This document shows, piece by piece, positions 24,214 through 36,063 of a stretch of 64,000 nt of DNA. Within the stretch, counting starts at the first letter, position 1. Each line of letters starts with the position of its first letter. The stretch is from positions 496,001 to 560,000 of the forward strand of contig CBFDEM010000052.1 in NCBI GenBank assembly GCA_965603825.1. Reading direction: 5' to 3'. The notes beneath the pieces are model-generated. The model did not search any database and was not told the DNA's origin. It was given only the letters and a program-made list of their open reading frames with translations. The position numbers were made by a program, and so were the translations under genes. This DNA is from Blepharisma stoltei ATCC 30299. Lineage: Eukaryota > Protista > Ciliophora.

Positions 24214-24912
24214 TTAATTCTTATCGCGATTACTATTGAGTTCATTATAACGTAACGCAAAAAGTCTGACTGCGTAAGGGGCTGTCAGCCTTGCAGTTTC
24301 TTCGTCTGCAAAATGCTTTATAAATTCATCTTTATCGATAGTTTCGTTTGCAAGGTTTTCTAAGCCCATGAATTTTTCAAACATACCTTGCTCAGCAGCT
24401 TCTCTACAGGTCAAAATGGACTGGACATAGGCTTTTATTCTGGCTTCTGAGGCGCATGGTCTAGTTTTATTAGAAACTAACTCAGGCAAACGGATAAGAG
24501 AAAGATCAAGTATAAGACGGATAATTTCATGAATTTCTGACTTTGGCAAGACTTTTGTGTTATTTCTGTCATATAGCTCGAATATAAGTCTTGCTTTCCT
24601 CCTTGCGGTGCCGCTGCTGAGCATTATTCCTAAAATAAGCAAAGGTCTAACTATAATTCTTCCGTCTTCTAATGTATAGTGCTGGTATAGAGTTTCTGCT
24701 TTAGGGCATTGATAGGTATTTTTTATCTTGATCCCAAGGATAATTGAGATACTTTCCCATTGTGCTGGTGAAGCATGCTCTAAATCAGAATTTTTTTTAA
24801 AACACATATCAACGTCTCTGACAGTGTTTTTAAAGAACTCAAGCTGTTCTTCCATCTGGATGATGGCAATTTCTTCTACACTTAGTTTTTCTCGACTAGA
24901 TGCGCACCCCAT
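24214..24912 (-). CDS. N-acylated EF-hand-like protein
   Basis: MGC start; KARLIFELYDRNNTKVLPKSE is a degenerate EF-hand. Confidence 0.65.
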   Translation of the reverse strand: MGCASSREKLSVEEIAIIQMEEQLEFFKNTVRDVDMCFKKNSDLEHASPAQWESISIILGIKIKNTYQCPKAETLYQHYTLEDGRIIVRPLLILGIMLSSGTARRKARLIFELYDRNNTKVLPKSEIHEIIRLILDLSLIRLPELVSNKTRPCASEARIKAYVQSILTCREAAEQGMFEKFMGLENLANETIDKDEFIKHFADEETARLTAPYAVRLFALRYNELNSNRDKN

Positions 24913-25258
24913 TTCGTTTTAATTTTTATATGAATTCATAGTCAATTCGCAAATAAAATATAAAAAAACGCATAGGTATCCTTCTTAATTATTAGGAAAA
25001 GAAAGTTTTTGGCAGGTAAATTTTTAGTTTTTTTTATTTAGGTTTTTGGATCAGAAAAATCAATTATACTGGCATCCTTTATTATGGAGTATATAAATTT
25101 AATTTAACAAATAAATTTCTTAGAAAATTTAAGCTGTTTTCCTGGTAAAATCTTTCTCGTTCTAGTTAAGCTAATTTAATGTTAATAAAAATATCATGAA
25201 TTTAATCTAGATGCGGTATAATTTGATATTAAAAAGATAATAATTAAATAGCACATAT

Positions 25259-26278
25259 ATGGAATTGCAAGCAAAGATAAATGGGTCTTTTGGAATTCTA
25301 TTTTTTACTATTTTAGGATTTATAGTCTCATTAAATTCATGAGTATTCAAGATATGCTTGACGAATTTATTATCAATTACCTTTATTAGTATCTTTTTGA
25401 TCATATACAAGCCAAGTGCTTTGACTTATTCTAAATATGAAGGATTGCGATATCTACTTTATGTGAATATTTTATCAATTAGCTTGAGTTATTTCTTTAT
25501 TTTTGAAATAGAAAATAAAGACATCAGCGAAAGAAAAGGTGAGAAGTAAATAGAAATTCTTGAAATTGAGCTTCAAATTACTACATGAATTATCGTAGCT
25601 ATATTAGGCATTCACAGCATATTTATTCATTTCTATCTAAGCCAACTTTCCCAAAAGAAAAGCATTTACACCTTCGTTTCACCTGATGGATTTTTGCTTA
25701 AAGAACTGGAATTTATTTTGAAAACAAATTCAATTTTGATGACTATTTTGCTTCATCTAAATTTAACAACTTATAACCCATTATTCAGTTTTATCTCATC
25801 GCTCCCAATCTTTTTATACCCAGCTCCAGCAATTGAGAATTTTTATATTTTTTCTATTTTTGATGAAAATTCAGATTTATATTGAAAAACAATTTTTGCT
25901 TCACAAAGCTATTACACATTTAGATCTATAATTATTTTACCAATTCTTGTAAATTATATATAGTCTCCAATGTGCTGAAGTCTTCATTCTTTTCTATCTT
26001 ACTTTTACTCTAAACGTACAGCTTGAAATATAATATTTTTATATTTCAATTTTCAAGAAAATTATGATTATTCCTTATCGACTTTTTTATATGAATTTCT
26101 ATTTTATTTAATTTTGCATGCTGCAATATGGTCTGTATTAAACAAATATGAATTTTTGCAATACAATCTAATACCATTTTCGCTTATTACTGCTTTATTT
26201 TGCTCTACATGGCCTCTAAGAGTATTTGGGCTTTCTATTTCTATACGGCTTATCTATTTAGCTAACGTTATTACTTAG
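25259..26278 (+). CDS. Cryptic multi-pass membrane protein of about 329 aa, function unknown
   Basis: One continuous frame from ATG 25259 to TAG 26276-26278 after removing 15-nt introns 25539-25553 and 25949-25963 and reading TGA at 25340, 25586, 25883, 25976 and 26024 as Trp. Confidence 0.72.
25539..25553 (+). other. 15-nt spliceosomal intron
   Basis: GTGAGAAGTAAATAG. Confidence 0.7.
25949..25963 (+). other. 15-nt spliceosomal intron
   Basis: GTAAATTATATATAG. Confidence 0.75.
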
Positions 26279-26296
26279 ATACAAATAATTATTAAA

Positions 26297-29038
26297 TTAT
26301 CTTAACTTAGATTGATAATTAAATTCCCTCCCTCTTTCTGGAAAAGTGTATCTGGGCTCTTCAACGTAGTCTTCTTGGACTTTTATTTCGTTCCCTAAAT
26401 TTTGTTTTAGTTGCGGCCTTTTGCATTTCCAGCATGATTCTGAGTACATAGAATTTGTGGATTTACACCCAATACAAGTCCATCTATTTAAAGACTCCTC
26501 ACTCTTTTGGCTTGGAAAATCAAATTCTTTTGGTCTTGGCTTTCTACAATTGCTACACAAATAAAACATTGACGAATTTTGAGTCCTGCATTCCTGGCAG
26601 CTCCACTTTGCATCATTTTTTTCCATAGGTTTCGACCTTAGCTCACTCGGCTTATACGAATACTCTTTCGCTAAATCTTTGCTAGAAACTGAATCTTTTA
26701 ATACAGGTCTGTCAGGATCTGGTCCAAAAGTAACAGTCCTTCCATAAGACCTGTCAAGAGTTTCTGTATTTTTTACTCTTTCAGTCGAAATTTTGGCAGC
26801 TGAGCTTACTCCTCTCATTTTTCCTGCATCTCTGCTTGAATAAATATCTTCATCTCTAGCTGTCGAAGTATTATAGCTAGACTCAGGCTTTTTTATAATT
26901 GAGGTATAAGATAAGCGGTCTTCAAAACCATTGGAGCTCATATTTCTTTTTCTTGATGAATCTTGGTCTTCTTTATATCTTTCTCTGCCTCTATATTCGG
27001 TATCAGGATTTGGGTCGCCTCCTTCTAATAATGCAGATAAAGATTTTGGACTGGCATTGCGGTTATAAGAGGTATTATCACTTTTTCTTTGGAAACTCGC
27101 CCTTAAGTCTACATCCTGCTTATTTCTTAATTCTTCTTTATTGTATTTCCTATCGAAAGAATCTGTTGAGTACATATTTTCTCTGACGTCCCCATAAAAA
27201 GTTCTGCTGAATGAGTTTTCATTAGTTGGAAACGCTGGCTTGTTATATAAATTTTCTCGGCTTTCAAACTGGCTCTGGCTTAATAGGTCATCTTTTTTGT
27301 CCCTTATGGTGTACCTTCCTTTGTCCTCAGTTTTTTGTGGTGATGTAGGCTTTGGGGCTGCTTTGGATTTTATTTCATAAAATTTGTCCCAATTTATTGT
27401 CCTGCACCCTGCGCATTCAAAAGTATCAGAATTTCCTTCTTTTGAGCATTTTTTACAAGTCCATGTAGATTCAGCTGCCTCTCTTTTTGGAGAACTCTCT
27501 TGATTATATGATCTTGGGCTTTCTTGGTAGCTAAGTCTAGGACTTTCCAGTGTTGAAATATTTTTTTCAAAAATTTTTTGTCTATCTCTAGATTGGTCTA
27601 TGCTCATACTTTTAGGGTATTTATTTTCTTGCCTATAAGATTCAGGCTGGGCTGTATAATCTTGTGGGGGCTCTTTTCTAAAAGAATCTGGCTGTCTTGA
27701 ATATTCATCTCTTTTGGGCTCTGGAGGATAATCATATTTTTTATAGCTTTCTGAAGGTCTGGTTGAATAATATTCTGGGACTTTGCTTTGTTCAAGACGA
27801 TTGGGAGTATATTGTTTATAAGGCAAATTGTACTCTTCTCGCTTTTGAGAAATAATCTCAGCTGACTTATTAAGCTCGTCTCGCTTAGGAGGGATTTCTT
27901 GGGTATAAGGAATGTAATCTTCTTTTTTTTGGTAATAAGGGTCAGCTGTTCTGTTTAATTCTTCTCTTTTTTGGAATAAGGGATTTGCAGGTCTGGCGGC
28001 TTCTTCGCGCTTTTGGTAGGATTCTTTATTTATTTCTTCTCTTTTTTGATAATATTGCTCAGGTGTTCTTTCGATTTCTTCTCTTTTTTGGAAATTTTGT
28101 TCATAAGAACGATTTATTTCATCTTTTTTTTGGGCGAACCTAAGGAGCTTATCAAAATCCGTAGAAGCGATATATTGAGATGTTGGCTTATATTCTCGTT
28201 TTTGTCTAAAAAATAGCATAACTGGCCTTATATTTCTGCTGACTGCAACCCATGCTAGCTGAAGCCACGATAAATTATCATTTGTGCCAAATTCTTCATA
28301 TAGCGTCCACTTATCAGAATATAGGCACGCAGGATTATAGAAATGTCCATTGAACCCAATTCAGCTTGATACTTCAAATTCATCCCTTCCCTGGGTGATC
28401 TGAGGCATACCTTTAAAATTCCTTGCGATTTCTTCACTATTTGGCTCATTTTCCCACTTCATTTCTACTACAAATGCAGCTGGCATCATCCTTTTACCAA
28501 TTGCATCTTCTATAGCTGATTTCCAGCTATCACTTTCTCTTAAACTTAATGAAGAAGCCACTATAAATGGGGAATCTTCATTAGACAATGTAAAAAATGA
28601 GTCAGGCTTTCGATGCTCTGCAAAACCTCTTAGCGTCATGAATTCTTCAATAAGAAACAAAAAAATCTCCGCTGGGCTCGTCTTTAATGATTTCAACGAC
28701 GCTGACATGTAAGGAAGCAAAGAACTTAAATTTAAAATAGCTGCAGCGTCATTTGAATAATTGAAACTTAATGCCAGTTGCTAAATAAAAGTTACTTTAA
28801 GCTTTTCTAGGAATGAAGAGGCTGGAAACTCACGTTCCATCAGTGATTTCAGTACTGAATCGACAGAAAATAAAAATTGAAAAAGGCTTGTATGCGCTGA
28901 ATGCTCTAAAGTTTCTCCTGCTATAAATCTTGGAGGCTTTCCTTTTGAAGGTTCAGTAGCTTGGTATTTGTATTTGGATTCACGATCATCTGGTTTTATA
29001 TAGGAAGTAGATGAGTATGAACGATATTCGTTGTCCAT
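26297..29038 (-). CDS. Large protein: degenerate USP-like N-terminal domain, 14-aa repeats, three RanBP2-type zinc fingers
   Basis: Intron 28781-28795; TGA at 28361; fingers WTCKKC..CAGC, WSCQEC..N..CSNC..PRP and WTCIGC..N..CWKC..P. Confidence 0.75.
27800..28140 (-). repeat. About eight degenerate 42-bp (14-aa) coding repeats with core (F/Y)QKREE
   Basis: FQKREEIERTPEQY, YQKREEINKES, YQKREEAARPANPL, FQKREELNRTADPY, YQKKEDY, PPKRDEL, SQKREEY; boundaries approximate. Confidence 0.75.
28781..28795 (-). other. 15-nt spliceosomal intron
   Basis: GTAACTTTTATTTAG. Confidence 0.8.
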
Positions 29039-29168
29039 ATTACTTTCTTATAGTTTTTGTTATTGAAAATCTTTCAAATAATCACAAATTTAACATTAAT
29101 CTCCTAACCTGAAAATCCTCAAAGAAACAACCTCTCCTTAGTCTCTAAATTAAATCTATGTCATAAAT

Positions 29169-29516
29169 ATGGTCAAAGAGACTAAGGAATTGGAGCCTGT
29201 GACACGTGACTATACCATTCACCTCCACAAGCGTCTTCACCACACCAATCTGAAGAAGCGTGCTCCTAAGTCTATTAGAATAATAAAGGACTTCGCACAA
29301 AGAGTCATGAAAACGAAAGATGTGAGAATTGATTATCACCTCAACAATTTCTTATGGTCCAGAGGAATCAAGCATGTTCCTTTCAGAGTCAGAGTAAGAA
29401 TGGAAAGAAAGCGCACAGAAGAAGAAACTGCAGGAGAGGAGCTTTATACCTTAGTCAGATATTTGCCTGTTGATTCCTTTGAAGGATTAAGACCAGAGAA
29501 AGTTGAGAGCGAATAA
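29169..29516 (+). CDS. RPL31: 60S ribosomal protein L31 (eL31)
   Basis: VTRDYTIHLHKRLH, KKRAPKSI, DVRID..LN..LWSRGIKHVPFRVRVR. Confidence 0.97.
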   Translation: MVKETKELEPVTRDYTIHLHKRLHHTNLKKRAPKSIRIIKDFAQRVMKTKDVRIDYHLNNFLWSRGIKHVPFRVRVRMERKRTEEETAGEELYTLVRYLPVDSFEGLRPEKVESE

Positions 29517-29603
29517 TCTTTAAGCTTAATTCTTGATTCTTGACTTGAAATCATAATTTTAATTATAAAATAATTAATTACAGAAAGGTAATTTAGAATT
29601 GAA

Positions 29604-30062
29604 ATGCAAGAAAAAATTATGCAAGAGCAAGTTAAACTGCATCCTTTGACGTTTAAGCATCCTTTAAGAACGAAATCGTGGTGCAAAATGGGGAAGGAGT
29701 TTTATATTGACCATTTGGCTATAACTTCTTTTCCAGGGACGATTGTAACTCCTCTGACAATTACATCAAGAGAATTTTCTACTAAAAAAATCCAAGTTTT
29801 GGATCGTAAATTACATTTAAAAGGATTAATTCCAAAAATTTCACTTCATTCAAAAATAACAAACCTACACACAAAAATTTCACTGCCAGAAATTAAAAAA
29901 ATCAAAAAATATAGGACTATGTCTTTAACTACTCCAGATTTGAAGATATCGAAACTATCAGGAAAGACGTCGAAATTTACATCAACATTTTCGAGACAAA
30001 AGAAAAAAAAAGATGAAGGAACATTTGCAAGCATTGAAGACATCAAATATAAATGTGAATAG
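29604..30062 (+). CDS. Hypothetical basic protein
   Basis: 152-aa ORF ending TAG; no recognisable motif. Confidence 0.55.
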   Translation: MQEKIMQEQVKLHPLTFKHPLRTKSWCKMGKEFYIDHLAITSFPGTIVTPLTITSREFSTKKIQVLDRKLHLKGLIPKISLHSKITNLHTKISLPEIKKIKKYRTMSLTTPDLKISKLSGKTSKFTSTFSRQKKKKDEGTFASIEDIKYKCE

Positions 30063-30232
30063 CAATAGTGAATAAGTGCATTAAAATAATGTAAATATTA
30101 CGATAATTTTTGGCTCTGAATGATTAAATATTTAGGTTTTATAAGATAATAAATTGGTTACTAATGAAAAAATCAGGAGTTATATTATATCCATTAATTT
30201 ACGTATGATTTTATTTCTTATAATGATAGCAA

Positions 30233-31084
30233 TTAGAATTCGAACTCGTTTTTTCCTGAAATAAACTCTTTATATTGCTCAAAATTTACAAATTTAATGT
30301 GATAATTTTGAGACTCATTTAATTTGTGAAAAATAAGATCCAATAATAGGTCAGTTTGATATTTTGCTTCTTTATTAGCCATAGTCAATGCTTCCATTAG
30401 ATTTTCTTTATTTAATTCATTACCTGCAGTTTTTTCTATAAATGAAAAGAAGACTAAATAATATTTACACAAATATTTTTGGGTCTGCAACAATGTTTTC
30501 TTTTTTTTACTGCTTTTTCTGGGAGAAAATAAATTTCAATTATGAGATTCCTGGACATTTTCTAAGCAGCTTTTGAATAATTCTGCATCAATTCATTGCT
30601 TACTGCTGATGGGTTCAATTAATAAAGCCCAGAAAGAGTGATCAAAGGTAAAACAATCAAGGAAAAATTGTTTTACTAATACACTGTGAATTAAACTTTG
30701 AAATTCATTATATTTGACTCACGTTGTTCCTTGATATTTTTCCAGTAGGGATATAAACGTGGACTTTATGCACGAGTACTGCTGAGGTGTATAAATAATA
30801 TGTTTTGGCTGCTTTTGTATATGAATGTCAGTTAAACTGATAGAAAATAACTTTTTATGAGAAGTTTTGAGGGGAAAATCTAAGGTTTCTGAAGAGTCAG
30901 TTTGCTGTTGCATTAAATAAAGAGGGGTTGTAAAGCTTAAAGACTTACGGTGATTTGTTCTTCTTTTTGTAGGTTTTCTGACTCTTATGTTATTGTTTTC
31001 TTTTGAATTAGAAAATCTCCATACCAATCAGCACAATTCATTTAATATTTGAGTGTCATTCATCGTCAGGAAACGGTCTCCCAT
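30233..31084 (-). CDS. Hypothetical protein, possible degenerate EF-hand C-terminus
   Basis: ATG 31084; open to TAA at 30233 with four TGA=Trp codons (31028, 30719, 30593, 30536). Confidence 0.65.
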
Positions 31085-31418
31085 TAAATAATTGCAATAT
31101 AAATTTTCAGTGAATTCTAGTTAGCTAGACATTATATTTCTATAAGTTTTATATAAATAGCTCTTAATTTTAAAAATTGATGTGCTTTTATTATAAAATC
31201 GCTGCCTAGATTTATGCAAGTTATTTGGGATATTATTAAGGTAGCTTAAGCATAAATTTTTTGTATTAATTTAATTCAACTTAAATGGTTGCTATATTCT
31301 TTATATTACTTTATACATATTTAATACCAAAATCTAATCAAATTTAAGGTAAAATATTTCCAAAAAAACCCTGATAGTTTTACTAAATTTTCATTTTTAT
31401 AATAATTTCTTACGTGTA

Positions 31419-31997
31419 ATGTTTTTGGTCAATTGGTTTTATGGTGCTCTAGGTTATCTTGGACTTTACCAAAAGAATGCAAAACTTGTATTTCTTGGTC
31501 TCGATAACGCTGGAAAATCCACTCTGCTTCAGATGCTTAAAGACGACAGAATGGCCCAATTAGAACCTACAGTGCATCCACAGTCAGAAGAGCTTGTAAT
31601 GGGTAGCATACGTTTCCGTACATTTGACCTAGGTGGTCACGAAATTGCAAGGAAGATATGGAAAGACTATTTAGGCAGTGTTGACGGAATAGTCTTTATG
31701 GTCGATTCCTCTGATAGAGAAAGGTTCGAATTATCAAGAAACGAGCTCAATGAACTTTTATCTATGGAAGAGCTGCAAAACGTTCCTTTTATTATTTTAG
31801 GCAACAAAATTGATCTAACAGATGCAGCAAGTGAAGAAGAGCTTAGAAATGCGCTTGGACTTGACACTTATGGCTATTATGGAAAAGACTTGAAATCACA
31901 GCCTGGAGTAAGACCGATTGAACTATTCATGTGTTCTGTTGCACGAAGAACTGGATATGCTGAAGGATTTCGATGGTTAAGTCAATTTTTAAAGTAA
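31419..31997 (+). CDS. SAR1: Small GTPase Sar1 (COPII)
   Basis: [14 protein letters not shown]-type P-loop, [36 protein letters not shown]. Confidence 0.97.
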   Translation: MFLVNWFYGALGYLGLYQKNAKLVFLGLDNAGKSTLLQMLKDDRMAQLEPTVHPQSEELVMGSIRFRTFDLGGHEIARKIWKDYLGSVDGIVFMVDSSDRERFELSRNELNELLSMEELQNVPFIILGNKIDLTDAASEEELRNALGLDTYGYYGKDLKSQPGVRPIELFMCSVARRTGYAEGFRWLSQFLK

Positions 31998-32174
31998 AAA
32001 TGATGTGAAAATCGATTTAATTATAAATCAGTAAAGTTAAAAAATAGATTTACATATAATTTCAAAATTATAAGCAGTCGAATTAAGTTTTATTTATTTT
32101 CGCATCAGATAATAACGCAATCATTTTTTTATTTTATTCTTTTGCCAAATTCAAATAATTTGAAATAGTTTATA

Positions 32175-33044
32175 ATGGAATTAAATAGCATTTTATTTCC
32201 AGCTCCTCCACCTTCTTATATAGTAACAGATTATCCAAACGAGCTTATTTGAATTCCCCAAGAAAAAAACCCTAAAACTTCTATTCCTTGCCTTTTATTA
32301 CAATCTAAAAAAGGGTCTAGCAAACTTATGCTATATTTCCATGGAAATGCTGAAGATATAGGACTTACGTATAATTTAATTGATTTTCTAAGAAATATGC
32401 TTGGTATTCACATTTTAGCAGCAGAGTACCCTGGATATGGTCTGTATCCTGGCAAAGCAAATGCATTGCAAATAATAGAAGACGCTGAAACTGTATTTAA
32501 ATTTGTTGAAAATACACTGAAAATAGACACAAAAAATATTTTAATTTTCGGAAGGTCAATTGGTTCTGGCCCTGCAACTTGGCTAGCAAGGAACCAAAAT
32601 CCAGGATGCTTGATTTTAATGTCAGCTTATACATCAATTAGAGCAGTCGTAAAAAATGTCGCTGGGAGGTTAGCACAATACTTAGTCGCTGAGAGATTTA
32701 AAAATATTGACTGTATGCCAGAGATACTATGCCCTACTTTCTTTTTGCATGGTTTAAAAGATAAATTAATACCTTATTCTCATTCCCAAAAAATGCATGA
32801 ACTATGCAATGGACTTACATACTTGCATCTGCCCTCGGAAATGGATCATAATAATTTTGATATTTTTGAAGACTTATTGATTCCATTAGGAAGTTTTTTA
32901 ATAAATGCACAAATTGATGTAAATCCGGGGAATGCTGGGAAAAATTTTATTAGTGTTCCTGAAGAATATTTTCATATTCCGACTACTCAGCCGAGTAAAA
33001 AGAATAAAGGAAGACTGAACAAATTTATGAGAAAGTTTGCATAA
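32175..33044 (+). CDS. Alpha/beta hydrolase, ABHD17/ABHD13-like
   Basis: Start extended through TGA 32250 (MELNSILFPAP..LI-W-IP); YFHGNAEDIG, EYPGYG, GRSIG nucleophile, HGLKD, MDHN. Confidence 0.88.
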
Positions 33045-33093
33045 TTTATTTACTAATTAATTTTTATATATAAAATAAATTTTTTATTGCATA

Positions 33094-34239
33094 ATGTCAA
33101 AACCTATAAGGCATTTAGAAAAACCACACTCACATTTAAGTGTCCATAACTCACCGTCACAAGCAAACTCATCTTTTTCTTCTCCACAGCGATCAAACTC
33201 AAAGCCTCCATCAAGCTCATTCCATATTCCTTCATACTTGGGAGTACCAAAAAAAAATCGATATAAATCCCCTGAATCGTCTGCGAACCACAGTTACAAT
33301 GGCTCGCCTTCTCCTAACAAAAAATACGAATTTAACGAAGAAATGATCAACTCTGCCACCAAAGCTTTATTAGATATAAAAGATGAGCCACAACAAAAAG
33401 ACAATAATCCCCAATTGCAAGATTATCTAAAACAAATTCGAAGTAAAATGGATTACTATCGAATGAAATCTAAAAATTTGGAAAAGGAAAATAGTAAGCT
33501 TAAAGAAGATATTTTGAAATATCCAAGTACTGAATCGTCCACCATTTCTGGGAGCTCTGAAAGGTGAGAAAAGGAAAAATATCATCCAAGTGAAGAATTA
33601 AAAAAAATAGAAAAAGAAATGAGAGCACAAGAAGAAAACTTAAAGCTTAAGCTTGGAAATGAAATAGTAAGTTTAAAAAAAATCATCAGCGAAAAAGACC
33701 AAAAAATCCAACAACTAGAGCTTGAATTACAAAAATTAAAAGTCATACCAAACTCACACGAAATCTACCAAATTGCAAAAAAATTCCAAGAAGAAAACCA
33801 AAAGCTAAAAGAAGACGCCAAAGAAATAAATTCGAAAATATTAGGGAGATTAGAATATGAACAATTAGAAAAACAGTTTCAAGAATTAGAAGATATGCAA
33901 AATCGACTTATTATGGAAAACGACAATTTAAAGCAAGAGCTAAAAATTTTAAATTCTGATTCAAACCATTTAGGAATGATTTATTTTGCAAATGATGTAC
34001 AAAAAATAAAAAAAGATTTAGGACAAGTTCTAGTTGTACTGGAAACTTTAAAGGAAGGAAAACAGGTTAGCTTAAAAGTGATTTTGGGACTAGAAGAAAG
34101 AGAGGCGAGCAAACAGTCTACAGTGCAGCAAATTAATCAGGATATTTCGAATATTAAATCGTCGCTGAATCAAATAAGGACAATTATTGCTGATTTTCAT
34201 GCTGAACAATGTGGAAATCATTCTTGTGCTACACAATAA
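33094..34239 (+). CDS. CEP85-like coiled-coil protein ending in CaaX (CATQ)
   Basis: Two fragments joined by TGA 33565; C-terminus IRTIIADFHAEQCGNHSCATQ resembles, from memory, the CEP85/CEP85L terminal motif. Confidence 0.65.
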
Positions 34240-34830
34240 TGCGCAGGATTGTAGTGATAATAATAAAATTATATAACAATTAAGCATAGAGCTTTTGATT
34301 ATTTTAGGATTATTTTAATATAATTTGAGTGGGAACATATAATAAAGACCTCATAAATTATAATCACTGAAGATTATTCCATTTTGAACCGCTATAAATT
34401 TACATGAAAGATGAATCCATCTTCATAATTTAAATTTTGAATTAAAGGCAATTTTGTTGATTATTTCAACAAAGTTAATCATAAAATATAATTAATCAGA
34501 TTTTACAATAAAAGTATCTTAAGTATCCTTAATTTTTTATAAAAAAAATGTATTTTACTAAAACTTATCAATAGACTTTAAGACTAAAATTAAATAGGAG
34601 TAATTAAAAGAATCATGTCCTTCAGCTGAAACCGCGATGATTTAAATATAAATATCATTGCAAGTATATTTTAAGCTAATTAGAGAGCTTAAAGAGTTTA
34701 ATTTTAAATATTAAAACTGATTATTATAAGTAATTATTTCAAATTCCCATATATAAACCCCGATTAACTCCAAATGTTGATTATTCACCTAATCTAATTT
34801 CTATTTGACATATAAAATGGACTTATATAG

Positions 34831-35712
34831 ATGTTAATAATAAATAATAGCCACATTTACATGACGAAAGGCCGGCCGACAGACCATACCACTAAACTGC
34901 TGGATCAGTTTGAAAACTCCAAAACAAGCACTAAATCGAAGCGAAAGAAAAACGAAAAGCTCATCAACATCTTCTACAGACGTTTCTACAACATTTGTAG
35001 GTCCTTGGCTGATGGCACCAACACCAACCCTCAGTTCTTGGAAATCAAGAAGATTATGTCCACAGAGCTCCAGTTGATAGTCCAATCCAAACTTTGACCT
35101 AAAAAGTTCATCCACAAATCAGAGCAAGCCCTTTATTCAGGCTTGAAGAAATCCCAATTTTCTATCAAAAGCTGCAAACTTATCAGAAAAGCCTTCAAGA
35201 CTTTTTCAGACGCCGTGATCGTATATAGTAACATACTAACGAGTTGTTCTGAAAAAGAGCTTGAAAAGCTTTTCAAATATCAATGCATTGGTGAGTTTGC
35301 CGCTGACGTCAAGAAAAAGTTATGGGTTGGACTAATTAAAGATCATCTCGCACAAGTTGGAATTGAAAAGGCTCAAAGAAACAATAAAGACTTAATGGCT
35401 TTAATTAATGAAATTCCAGATGAGGAAAACATTAGAGAAAGCCAAAAAGTAGCCCTAGAAGATTTGCCAACAAATAGCAGCCTATTCTGTACCAACGCTT
35501 TGCAAGATGAAAAATGGGATTACCTAATTCAAGACCAAGACGCGAATATGGAAATCTTTGAAGAAGAGTCAACTTTGCCTTCTACAGAAGATGAGAGTGA
35601 CAAGCTCTTCCCATGTGCAATGGATCCTTTTCATTTTTATTCATCAGATAGCATCGGTGAATGTGATTTTACAGGAAGAGATGATGTTGAAGACTTCTTA
35701 AACTTCAGTTAA
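34831..35712 (+). CDS. Hypothetical protein with basic N-terminal domain and acidic C-terminal tail (transcription-factor-like layout)
   Basis: Fragments joined by TGA 35095; start could be 34831 or 34861. Confidence 0.65.
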
Positions 35713-36063
35713 TAGAGTAATATTTATTTTTTTAAACTTTGGATAACTAAAAACTTCATAATATGATTTAAGAGCTTCATTGGCGAAATAAAGTATATTC
35801 TGCCCAATGGAGATCAAACCATAACTTAAAATCAAAAACTAGAAAAAAGGAAAAATAATTCCAATGGATTTACTCTATATATTACCATATAATACAAACT
35901 TTTCCCAATGTTAAAAAAGCTTTGATAGTAATATATCAAAAGCTGCTAAAGCAAAACTATGTTTCTAGAGATTTTCTTGACGAGGAATTCGGCAGTAATA
36001 TTATTATAGAGCAGCTTATCATTCATTTTTAACTAATAAGTCCTTTTATCCAATAAGATTAAT

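Noticed and set aside
18965-34239. Functional cluster of lipidation enzymes (DHHC, ABHD17-like) and acylated or prenylated substrates
   Set aside because: Genes are interspersed with unrelated ones and these families are large in ciliates; no evidence of co-regulation
35915-35945. Small hairpin AGCTTTGATA...TATCAAAAGCT between convergent genes
   Set aside because: Short, AT-rich and imperfect; expected by chance
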